Shown here: piece after piece, positions 53,064 to 64,000 of the stretch
Layout of the letters: the number at the start of each line of letters is the position of its first letter
Position numbering within the stretch: the first letter of the stretch is position 1
DNA from: Octopus sinensis
Taxonomy: Eukaryota
Reading direction: 5' to 3'
Assembly (NCBI RefSeq): GCF_006345805.1
Contig: NW_021833043.1
Span: forward strand, 1 to 64,000
Length of the DNA stretch: 64,000 nucleotides
The notes under the pieces: generated by a model
The model's database searches: none
Seen by the model: the letters and a program-made list of their open reading frames with translations, nothing else
Told to the model about the DNA's origin: nothing
Made by a program: the position numbers and the translations under genes

Positions 53064-53352
53064 GTGGAGGTGCAATGGCCCAGTGGTTAGGGCAGCGGAC
53101 TCACGGTCGTAGGACTGCTGTTTCAATTCCCAGACCGGGCGTTGTGAGTGTTTATTGAGCAAAAACACCTAAAGCTCTACGAGGCTCCGGCAGGGAGTGA
53201 TGGCAATCCCTGCTGTACTCTTTCGCCGCAACTTTCTCTCGCTCTTTCTTCTGTTGGCCTGCTCACTTAGCCAGCAGGGTGGCATCATTCGAAGGCTAAA
53301 ACAATGCGAAGCGCATTGTGACCAGCGATGTGTAGCAACATCTGATAGCCTG
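53064..53352 (+). mobile_element. tRNA-derived SINE (family B2): same head and body as B1, different tail
   Basis: gtggaggtgcaatggcccagtggttag...gtttcaattccc...ctctttcgccgcaactttctctc, then tail ...gcattgtgaccagcgatgtgtagcaacatctgatagcctg. Confidence 0.85.
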
Positions 53353-53798
53353 TATGTATATATATATGTATATACAAATACATTCATGTATACTGTGCTA
53401 GTGTATCTCATGCAACATGGTCTTACCGTCCATATTAAGTTGGTGCAACCATGATGTGAGGTGTAACTGAAGACTAATACAGAGATGAATAGCAACAACA
53501 AGCACACGGTGGCATATGGAAGCAAAGAGTGAGATGATTAAATGATAACATAAACTAAAATATTAACTGGAAGTCTTCTGGCTGGTTTATGTTCTATTGC
53601 TTGATGATTCTGTGAGCACTTTGATTGTGTAGCTCTTTATTAGATCGACTGATAGGGTGGCAGTTGGAATGGTCATGGGTCGGAGAGACTACATACGTAT
53701 TTCCATGTTGCTTACTCTTTTCTGCTGTTCCAAGTACTTATATATTTGCTGAGGGGAAATATTTCTGCTACATGTGTGCACATGCAAAGATGCATGCA

Positions 53799-53842
<44 letters not shown>

Positions 53843-53983
53843 TATATATATGTATATATATATATGTTTTCATTCCCATATATATATACATACATATATA
53901 TATTTATATAAATGTGTTTTCATTCCCATATATATACATATATATATATATATATTTATATAAATGTGTTTTCATCCATATCC

Positions 53984-54019
<36 letters not shown>

Positions 54020-54128
54020 TATATATATATATATATATATAATGTGTGTTTTTTCATTCCCATATATATACATACATATATATATATAATATTCATAACA
54101 CATACATTCATAGCAACATAAACATATA

Positions 54129-54363
54129 CAGGGTGGCCCAAAAGTAGGTTTACAGTTATCACGTAGGCACTTTAAATTTCTTTTAAAACATTTTATTACA
54201 TTTAAATTTCTATCTTACAAACTGAAAAGGGAGCTTGACAAAATTAACTAAATTAGCATAGGATAATGGTTTCACATTTTTTTATAATTAAGATCTAAAC
54301 TGTTAATATATGAATGCGAAAGAGATAATTGAATAACTGTAAACTTACTTTGGGGCCACCCTG
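54129..54363. mobile_element. Tc1/mariner MITE
   Basis: TA|CAGGGTGGCCCAAAAGTAGGTTTACAGTTAT ... ATAACTGTAAACTTACTTTGGGGCCACCCTG|TA: ~31-bp TIR with 2 mismatches, 235 bp. Confidence 0.9.
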
Positions 54364-54939
54364 TATGTATATATATATACACACATATGCATATCCAAAG
54401 ATACACATACAGAGATGGATACAGATATGCATATACATACACAGATATATACATATTTATATGTATATATTTATATAGGTATGAGTGTATATGCATACAC
54501 ACACACACACAAAGATATACATGTAAACATACATACACACATGCATAGATACATATGTATATTTATGCAGGTATGGCTGTGTAAATGAATATACACATGT
54601 GAAAATATATATACATATGGATGCATGTGTATCTGTGCAAACATGCATGAGTGTGTATTTGTGTGCAAAAATGTGTACGTCTGTTCCCTTCTTTAAGTGA
54701 AAAGTGATGCGCATATATACATATAACATGTTGATGGTAAAAAAAAAATTACTTAAGTACTATTGACCAACCTTGGTTGCCACTAGCAACAAAGAGTTTT
54801 AGAATAAATATATAAATAAATAAAAGCAATATATATGTATATATAGATAAATAAAATATATACTAAAAACTAAGAAAAACAAAATTGGAAGCATTAAGAA
54901 AAAAATTGTTAAAAAATTTAATTTAAGGAGGTCATTATC

Positions 54940-55740
54940 ACAGGATAAGTGAAGATGCTATGGTAGGGAAATATGGGACAGAGGTAGGGATGCAGAAGAG
55001 CTGTGAGTAAAATGGACCCTGGGTGGAGAGGAGAGGTGGTGGATGAAGACAGGGGTCTTGAAGGGTTAGTCAGTGGTTGTGTTGGGCAGAGGAGGCAGTT
55101 GGGGGTCGGGGTGGGGAGAATGTTGGGTAGAGAGGTGGTCATTAGGGGAGAGAGGTGGTCAGTGGATGTGGATAGGGCGAGTAAGGGGTTTGGTTGGACA
55201 GGGAGGGGGTTGCAGCGGGAAGCAATTGGGGAAAGTGGAGTTGGTGATGAAGGCGCTGGGTGGAGGTGATTGGATAGAGAAGTGATCGGGGGGGGGAGGC
55301 ATTGGGGTGACCATTTTGGGTGAGTAGGTGGCGATTAGTAATGGGGTGGGTGCAGACGTAGTGGGGAGAGAGAGAGGTTGGGTGAAGAAATGGCAGTTGG
55401 TCATTAACAGTGGGTGGTGGTCTTGGTTGGATAAGGGAGGTGTTCAGGTAGGGAGAACTTGGGTAGGGATGTTAGTGGGGATAGTTAGATCATAGAAAGA
55501 GGTGCTGGGAGAAGGAAATCAGGCAAGGAGGTGGTGGTGATCAGTAATTGTGGTGGGTTGAGTGGGATGGGGGAATTGGAGAGGAGAGGGGTTGGGAGGG
55601 GAGGTGATTGGGGAAAGGACAGTTGAGTTAGAAAAGGGGTAATTAGGGAGGAGAGTGGGTAGGAAGGGAGTGACCAGTGATTGTTGTTGGTAGTGGCCAT
55701 GGATGGGTAGGGAGAGAGAGCAGATGACACAGGCAGAAAG
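54940..55740 (+). other. G-rich, C-poor low-complexity tract with many GGG runs
   Basis: Direct inspection, e.g. gggggtcggggtgggg and ggggggggagg; no recognisable ORF. Confidence 0.75.
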
Positions 55741-56286
55741 GGAGAGAAAAATTTGGAAGATACAACAATTAAAAAATAAATAAATAGATAATTTTTTTTA
55801 AAAAACGGTGTTTGAAGAGGAGTCAGTAGCTTAGGGTAAACAATAACGAGGGGTTGATAAGTGTCGGTGGGGGTATGCAGAAATAGTAATAAGTGGGTAT
55901 GTGGGTGGGTAATTGGTTAAATTAGAGTAAATCACCCAGGGTATTGATTAAAGACTTTTTTTTTTATTTAAAAGCAATAAAACCAAAAAAACTAAAAATT
56001 TAAAATAATTAACTATTTTTTTCCAGTATTGAATACAATGGCAGAGAAAGCCTCACCACAAAAACAAATAATTTTTTTTTTTAATTAAGCTAAGCAATTA
56101 AGTGATCTATTGTTGCATAAATTAAGGCAGCAGATGTAGAGGGCTGAATACAACAGGTAATGAAAAGCACTAGAAATGCTATGTTCTGGTGCTCCAGCAG
56201 GGACTTAAGCCAGGGATGATTGATTAAAAATGATTCAGCTATAGTTGAAGAATTTAACGAAATACAAATACACACACACACACACA

Positions 56287-56363
<77 letters not shown>

Positions 56364-56365
<2 letters not shown>

Positions 56366-56481
56366 TGATATCTCGTGACCGACCAGGCTATCAGATGTTA
56401 CTACACATCGCTGGTCACAATGCGGTTTGCATTGTTTTTTTAGCCTTCAGATGACGCCACCCCGCTGGCTAAGCGAGCAGG

Positions 56482-56484
<3 letters not shown>
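56364..56484 (-). mobile_element. 3' fragment of SINE family B2
   Basis: Reverse complement of the 53230-53352 tail. Confidence 0.8.
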
Positions 56485-56548
<64 letters not shown>

Positions 56549-57984
56549 ACATATAATACATATATATACATATATACACATATACATATATATACATATA
56601 TATATACATATATATATCCATCTAACTTTTCTGCACCCTATTCCTGAAGGGTTATGGGAAAAGAGTCCCTAGGCACCCACTTCATAGGGTTCAATCAGAA
56701 GCGACCATTAGCAGGCTTTCCAATTGGATTCTTACACACAACTGACTCCAGGCATCTCGCTTGTCATCTACCCCTAGTATATATATATATATATATATAT
56801 ATATACGGTATGATGGGTAAACTGTTGCCATTTTATCGTTTTAATTTTGCGCATGCGCACATTGTTTGATTAACAATGGGAAAATCCAAAAATTTGGGTG
56901 GGGAGGGTAAAGGATTCATTTTATAGACAAAGCAACAAATTTAGCTCTGCCACCTATAGAAAGAACAAACGGGAAGGAAAGGCTGACGGAGTTGAAAACA
57001 GAGGAAAATAAAAGGAGGGTTGAACCATGTGAACACACACTAAAGATGTGAAAGAAGAACAAAAAAAGCTTTCCACCTCTCGCTCTTTTTATTGTGGGGT
57101 AAGAAAAAGGGTGAGGATTTATCATGCAGCAATCAATGATCACAAAAAGCATTACCTTATTTATCTGAGGTTGTCAACAGTTAAGATAAATACTCAAAGA
57201 TATGTAGTTATTTCATCAAATTTTTATTTTCAATGATTTAGTAAATTTTTTTGATATTTTTTTCAAAATCGAATTTTTTTTTTTTTTGTAAATAATTCTG
57301 CGAGATTAAAGGTTCAAATGATTAAGAGAACAATTAATTTAGTCATGATTTTTTTGCTCTTTTCATTTTGTTATAATTCTATTTTATTTTATTTTCGTAT
57401 TATTTTTCTTGCTTCACCTATATATCAACATACATCCTTATACGTCCATCATTTTGGCTTACCCAATAGGGGATAAAAAGGACACAAAGAGGAAGATAAT
57501 AAAATTCCTACTTTTATCTCTCCCTGTATAGAAACACAGAAAAAGAGAGAGATAGCTTATACCATTCCATTCAAGAATTTAGAGAGGCCTAATAATATAA
57601 CAAAGAATTTTCTTCTTTTTTGTAATCATAAAATTCATGCTCAGAACATAACAAAGGCCATTTACATAAAACTATGACGTAAGAATTCAATTTAAATATA
57701 AAACACCTTAATTAAAGCAGAACTCTTTGTACCAAAGAGCCATAACTGTTCTAAAGCAGGGGTTTGGTTCCAAAAGGGTTATTGGAAAAGTTTCCATTAT
57801 TAACTGGCTCCCATTCATATTGCTAATGAAATACACTGTTTATGTATTTTGGGAGTTTAATTAATTTTTAAAATAATCAAGAATTTGGAATGATTAACAA
57901 TAGGTTCTTACATGAACAGTTCTGATTTATATTTACCATTCCATCAGGCTAATAAAAGAATATTAAACAGGAGTCAACAAAGCG

Positions 57985-58395
57985 CAGGAGTGGCTGTGCG
58001 GTAAGTAGGCTCAGGAATGGCTGTGTGGTAAGTAGCTTGCTTGCAAACCACCTGGTTCTGGGTTCAGTCCCACTGCCTGGCACCTTGGGCAAGTGTCTTC
58101 TACTATAGCCTTGAGCCAACCAAAGCCTTGTGAGTGGATTTGGTAGATGGAAACTGAAAGAAGCCTGTCATATATATGTATATGTGTGTGTGTTTGTGTG
58201 TCTGTGTTTGTCCCCCCAACATCGCTTGACAACCAATGCTGATGTCTTTACATCCCCGTAACTTAGCTGTTCAGCAAAACAGACCGATGGAATAAGTACT
58301 AGGCTTACAAAGAATAAGTCCTTGATTTGCTCAACTAAAGGTGGTGCTCCAGCATGGCCGCAGTCAAATGACTGAAACAAGTAAAAGAGTAAAAT
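57985..58395 (+). mobile_element. SINE family C copy with a tandemly duplicated head
   Basis: gcaggagtggctgtgcggtaagtag is followed directly by caggaatggctgtgtggtaagtagc. Confidence 0.85.
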
Positions 58396-58599
58396 AGTAA
58401 AGCAGCAAGTATGCAGTCACTTCTTGCTAGAAATGGCTACCTAATTACCCTTAAATGCCACCTTAATGACTTAGAAAAATAAGGATACATAGGAAAAGGG
58501 ATTACTTATTAATTACTTGTACCCATGGCATTCACCCAGGGTGGACAAGCTGGCACTGACCAATGAGTAATGTTTGGAGTTTCAATGGGAATAACTATT

Positions 58600-59612
58600 T
58601 CCAATTTTGGCATAAAAGGCCAGAAACCTTTTAGTGGGAGGGAGTTAAGGTAATTACATTGACTAAGTACTTCACCTGTACTTTATTTTATCAATCTCCA
58701 AACCTGATCTCAGTGAATTTCACTGGTACTTAATTTATCGACGCTAAAAGGATAAAAGGCAAAGTTGACCTCGGCAGAATTTGAACTCAGAATATGTAAG
58801 GATGGCTGAAATACTGCCAAGTATTTCAACCGGCATGCTAACAACTCTGCCAGTTTGCCACCTTAATAATAATAATTTTAATAACAATTGTTTCTACTAA
58901 AGGCACACGGCCTGAGATTTCAGGTAAGGAGCTAGTCGATTATATTGACCCCAGTGCATAACTGGTACTTATTTCATTGACCCTGAAAGTATAAATGACA
59001 GAGTCAACCTTGGCGGGATTTGAACTCAGAATGTAGAGGCAGACAAAATGCCATTGAGCACTTTGCCCAGCATGCTAATGATTCTGTCACCTCACCACCA
59101 TTTTAATAATAATAATAATAATAATAATAATTATAATAATAATAATGATAATCCTTTCTACTATAGGCACAAAGCCTGAAATCTTGGGAGGAGGAAACTA
59201 GTCAATTACATCCACCCCAGTGTTTCACTGGTACTTAAATTAACAGCCCCGAAAGGATAAAAAGTAAAGTCGACCTCAGCGGAATTTGAACCCAGAACGT
59301 AGCGACAGGTGAAGTACTGCTAAGCATTTTGTCCACCATGCTGACAATTCTGCCAGCTCACCACCTTCATAATAATAAGAGTAGTAATAACGATCTCAAA
59401 TTTTGCCACAAGGGCAGCCATTTTTTTGGGGGGGAGGGGGGTAAGATGATCACATCAATCCCAGTGTTCTTACTGGTACTTAATTTATCGAAACCGAAAG
59501 GATGAAAGGCGTAGTCGACCTCGACGGAATTTGAACTTAGAATGTAGCGACGGGTGAAATACCGCAAAGCATTTCGCCCAGCATGCTAACGATTCAGCTG
59601 GCTCACTGCCTT
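58600..59612 (-). mobile_element. SINE family A cluster (4-5 copies)
   Basis: Same consensus. Confidence 0.85.
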
Positions 59613-59614
59613 AC

Positions 59615-59660
<46 letters not shown>

Positions 59661-59771
59661 TGAAGATGATGATGATGATGATGATGATAACTTCTTTATA
59701 ATATTAATATTCATTGTTGGCAACCTCAAGATAATTTATTAAACAGCAGACAACATAAAGACAAAATCATG

Positions 59772-59828
<57 letters not shown>

Positions 59829-60339
59829 GTATATATGGTAGATGTAGAGCAGATGTAAGAGATATATATGTTATGTATATACAAAAGAATGAGATGAAAT
59901 AAGATGGAACAAACCTGGAGAGAGTCCTGGTGAGACTTGATTAGGAAAAGAAGAGAAAGAAATGATCGTTTATTGATGGCTTATTTATACATGCATGCAC
60001 ACACACACACACATATACACACATATGCATACATATGTAGAAATGTATATATGCATGTATATACATAAACACACACACGTGTGCGCGCGCGTGTATATGT
60101 GTGTGTGTGTGTGTAATTCATGAACAGCAACAATAAATGGCAATATACATTCATGGCATTGCAAGGAAATCTTCATAAACAGTTATTTAGCAATTGTCAA
60201 AGAACCAGCAATTTACGATGCTCATGTGAAAGAATGAATATTATTATGATAGTGATGATGATAATATTAATGATAATAATAATAATAATAACAATGGCAA
60301 ATAATGATTCAGTTTGTTTTTGTTTTTCTTTTGTTTATC

Positions 60340-61405
60340 TTTTCGTTTACCATAGGCACAAGGTGACAAATTAGTAGGTACAGGAATTAGTTGACTATCG
60401 AACCTCTAGTACTAAACTTGTATTTTATTTAACACCACCTGCCTTTTCACCAGATGAATGACATGAAAAGTTGACCTTCACAAGATCTGGATTGTAAAGT
60501 GTTGAGTTTGAATACTGTAATGTGTTTGATCCCACGCAAATGACTTTGACAATTCTCAGCCCTCACTATTAACAATAATGGTCCCTAATATAGGCACATG
60601 GTTACAAATATGGAAGCATAGGACATGGTTAATTGTACAATTCCAGTACTTGACTGGTACTTTATCAACCCCAGGGAAGATGAAAGGCAAATTTGACCTC
60701 AGCATGATTTGAACTCGGAGCTACAAGATTACAAATATGGAGGCAGAAGGTGTTGTCAATTATACCAACTCTAGGTGTTTTAAGGTAAGTAACTAAATAC
60801 TGCACATCATTTTATATATTGCTGTATTCTTTCTGCAATAATGAAGGTCACCAACTTCGGTAAAAATGACATACATTTTTACAGAAAATGCATGTGACAA
60901 TTTAAATTAACCCCAATTAAGTGTATGAAAGATCTTTATTTTAGCCTCCATGGATGGCTGAAAAAGCAAATTTTCAGTCTACACAGAAATATACATGAAA
61001 AAGATTCAGTAGATCTATTTAACATCCTAGTATATGACCAGGGTTTTATTTTACTGATCCTGGTAGAATGAAAAACAAGGACAATTGAAGTGGGGTTTAA
61101 AAGCAGAAAGGAAAACAATCAGACCCATACACCACAAGGCATTTTGTCTCACACTGGAAAAAACCTGCCAATTCAAAGCCATTGGTTCATCAGTGATGTT
61201 AACAGCTCTTTCTAATTTTGGCACAAGCTAGCAATTTTGAGGGGATAGCAAAGTCAATTACTCTGAGCCTAGTACTTGACCTGTTCTTTATTTTATCAAC
61301 CCCCAAAAGGATGAAATGCAAAGCTGACCTCAATCGCATTTGAACTCAGAAATGCCACTAAGCGTTTGGTTCGGTGCAGTAACAATTTTACCAACTCACT
61401 GTCTT
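60340..61405 (-). mobile_element. Degenerate SINE family A copies (about 3) with unique spacers
   Basis: ataggcacaagg..., atgaaaggcaaatttgacctcagc, atttgaactc motifs. Confidence 0.6.
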
Positions 61406-61900
61406 AATGAAGCTATTAATAATAAAATGTTCTTCGATTTCTTACAGAAACATAACATGGTAGAAGGGTGGGTTGCAACATGACTGGTGTAATCTCCAAG
61501 AGAAGAGACCATGATAGATTACTACAGAGAATACTTTTAATAAATGAGAAATCACACATGCAAATATTAATCCTACCAATTCATCACACATTACAGAAAT
61601 GACAAAGGACCGAGGTACCTAGCACATTGCTGTACTCAAGTGGACCCATCTGCCAATACAGAACTGATTTCGGTGCTGGGACCACATAAAAAGCACCCAG
61701 TACACTTTGTGGAGTGGTTGGCATTGGGAAGGGCATCCAGCTGTAGAAACAAACCATGCCACAACAGACGATGGAGCCTGTTTCAGCCCCTGGCCTTACC
61801 AGATACGGTCAAACCGTCCAACCCATGGTAGTATGGGAAACAGACATTAAATGATGATGATGATATCATTATATGAGTGTTCATACATACATACATACAT

Positions 61901-61959
<59 letters not shown>

Positions 61960-62119
61960 CAGATAAACACATACACAAAAATGGTTGGTGTTAGAAAGCG
62001 CATCCAGCCAAAGAAACCATGCTAAAGCAGAGAGCAGGGCTTTGTATAATCTGATTTGCCAGTTCTTCTGTTAAACCATCCAATCCATGCCAGCATAGAA
62101 AACAGACGTTAAATGATGA

Positions 62120-62160
<41 letters not shown>

Positions 62161-62760
62161 ATTTAAACAGTATTATTTTTCGCATGGGCTTAGTCTCATG
62201 CCATTGTAATTTTTCAAATGTGTGGTAGCAAGTCTTGCACAACCCTTCTCCCCTGAAAACAAATAATGTGTGAGTAGTCTACCAATGTGCTGTTAGACCC
62301 TCAAACATCAAAGCTAATGGGAGAATTTACTATATATGTTTATAATCAATGTGGTAAGATGCTAGCTTTTTTTAAAATTTTCTTCTTATGCAAAATACCA
62401 AAATGCTCAATAAAAACTCACAGAATCTCAAAGAGTATCTCATATTTAGTACTCATAACTACTTCCATAGCATGGCTACATGCTATTGTCCTGTACCTTA
62501 GTCACTGAAATTTTCAGTGGAATCTGTTGTAATTGTTGAAGCAAAAGACAAAAATGCAACATGTCATGTGCCACCCTATAATGAAAAGAAATACAGAGTT
62601 AATTTCGACCTGCATACACAGAATGAAATCGTTGTTAACTCCCTTGATGGCAACTACAGGCAGAGAATCAATGATATCACACATCATATGACATGCTGCT
62701 ATCTTCTTCTTTCCTTCAGCAACTATGACAGAATTCACTGACGATATGATGATGAATATG

Positions 62761-62820
<60 letters not shown>

Positions 62821-63101
62821 GTAATTTATAATGAAGTTATAGAGCAATATTTATTTTTATCAATTTGTTTATTAACGTTTCTTTCTTTATCATTTATTAC
62901 TATTTTTATTTAGCAGCTAATTAATATCTGAAATAAGATGATCAAAGGATAATTAACGATGATGACAACAACTGCAACTACGACAACAACAACCAAGAAC
63001 TAGAGACACTACTACTGGTACTGCTACAAGAACAACAACATCAATTATGTAACATCAACAACATCACTTGCAGCAAACTGCAAGAAATTATAAACAATTA
63101 C

Positions 63102-63138
<37 letters not shown>

Positions 63139-63469
63139 TGTGATAATGTTTACTATTCTACACAAGTTTTACAGCTACAATACTACTACTACAACTACTA
63201 CTGGTGATAATGATTTTTCGTTCATTTATTTTTGCATCTGCAATTTCCATGCTTGCATGGGTTAGATGAGTATGTTACCAAGTCAGTGTTTTACAACGGG
63301 ATGCTCTTCCTGTCACTTACCCTAACCTGTTCCCTGAATAAACGGATGTCTACTTCAAACACAAAATGCAGGCAGAGGATTAGTTGAAGGCAGAAATGAC
63401 AACACCATTACTGCTTGCAACTCAGTGACCTAAAGAGAAGCACAAGTGTAAACCATATGTACACATTGC

Positions 63470-64000
63470 CAACCCCGAAAGGATGATAGACAAAGTCGAC
63501 CTCAGCGGAATTTGAACTCAGGACATAGAAGACGGATGAAATACCACTAAACATTTTACCCGGAATTATCTTTCATGACTTCACTCCAAGCCCTATATTT
63601 CTGGGTTTCCAAGAGTGGCTGGAGGATTGGAGGAGAGGGAGAGAAGGAAAGAAATCACTCTCAGGCTAATGAATGGACCTCCTTTAAGTCACAAATGACC
63701 ATGGGATTGCACCTAGAAAGTTCCCTCCAAGGCACAAATCAAGACAAGGTGATTTATGGAAGACTGGCAGTCGCCCATGCATACCAGCCTCCCCTCTGAA
63801 TGCCAACAATATTATCCAAGTGAAAGGCAAAGGGGTCGATACAGCTTGGCACCAGTGACATTGCAACTCATTTCTACAGCTGAGTGAACTGGATCAACAT
63901 GAAATAAAGTGTCTTGCTCAAGAACACATTATAATAATAATCATAAAGGCACACGGCCTGAAATTTGGTGGGAGGGGACTAGCTGATTACATTGACCCCA
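63470..64000 (-). mobile_element. SINE family A fragments with an intervening fragment of another SINE
   Basis: ccccgaaaggatgatagacaaagtcgacctcagcggaatttgaactcag; aaaggcacacggcctgaaattt at the window end. Confidence 0.7.

Noticed and set aside
2602-62913. Most ORF-track entries (poly-I/Y, poly-N, poly-M/V, HTHT, CVCV peptides)
   Set aside because: They are translations of (TA)n, (AAT)n, (GAT)n, (CA)n and (GGT)n microsatellites or of SINE consensus, with no domain-like content.

Overview
AT-rich, microsatellite- and SINE-saturated eukaryotic DNA. The repeat make-up suggests a coleoid cephalopod, probably Octopus; this is inference and I could not run a search. The only protein-coding gene I can support is the 3' half of an endophilin-A (SH3GL-type N-BAR + SH3) gene on the minus strand. 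It has four exons: 31303-31203, 30223-30120, 26940-26765 and 23867-23674. All have canonical AG/GT sites and consistent phases. Its 5' exons were not found in the remaining 32.7 kb. Almost all entries in the ORF track are artefacts of simple repeats. The most interesting non-coding signal is a set of small hammerhead-ribozyme (HHR) motifs of the minimal type-I form known from Penelope-like retroelements: (i) a near-canonical one at 50926-50967 (-), between 10-bp direct repeats; (ii) a core variant at 52324-52384 (+); (iii) a variant present twice inside a perfect 103-bp-arm palindrome (26080-26287) in the last endophilin intron. Other structure: a ~29-bp minisatellite bracketed by inverted termini, which contains two copies of a 17-mer identical to the neighbouring exon; a hAT element with an 8-bp TSD that holds a trimeric TTAA-flanked piggyBac-like MITE; several TA-flanked Tc1/mariner-type MITEs; modular tRNA-SINE families; and about 40 copies of one SINE nearly all in the same orientation.
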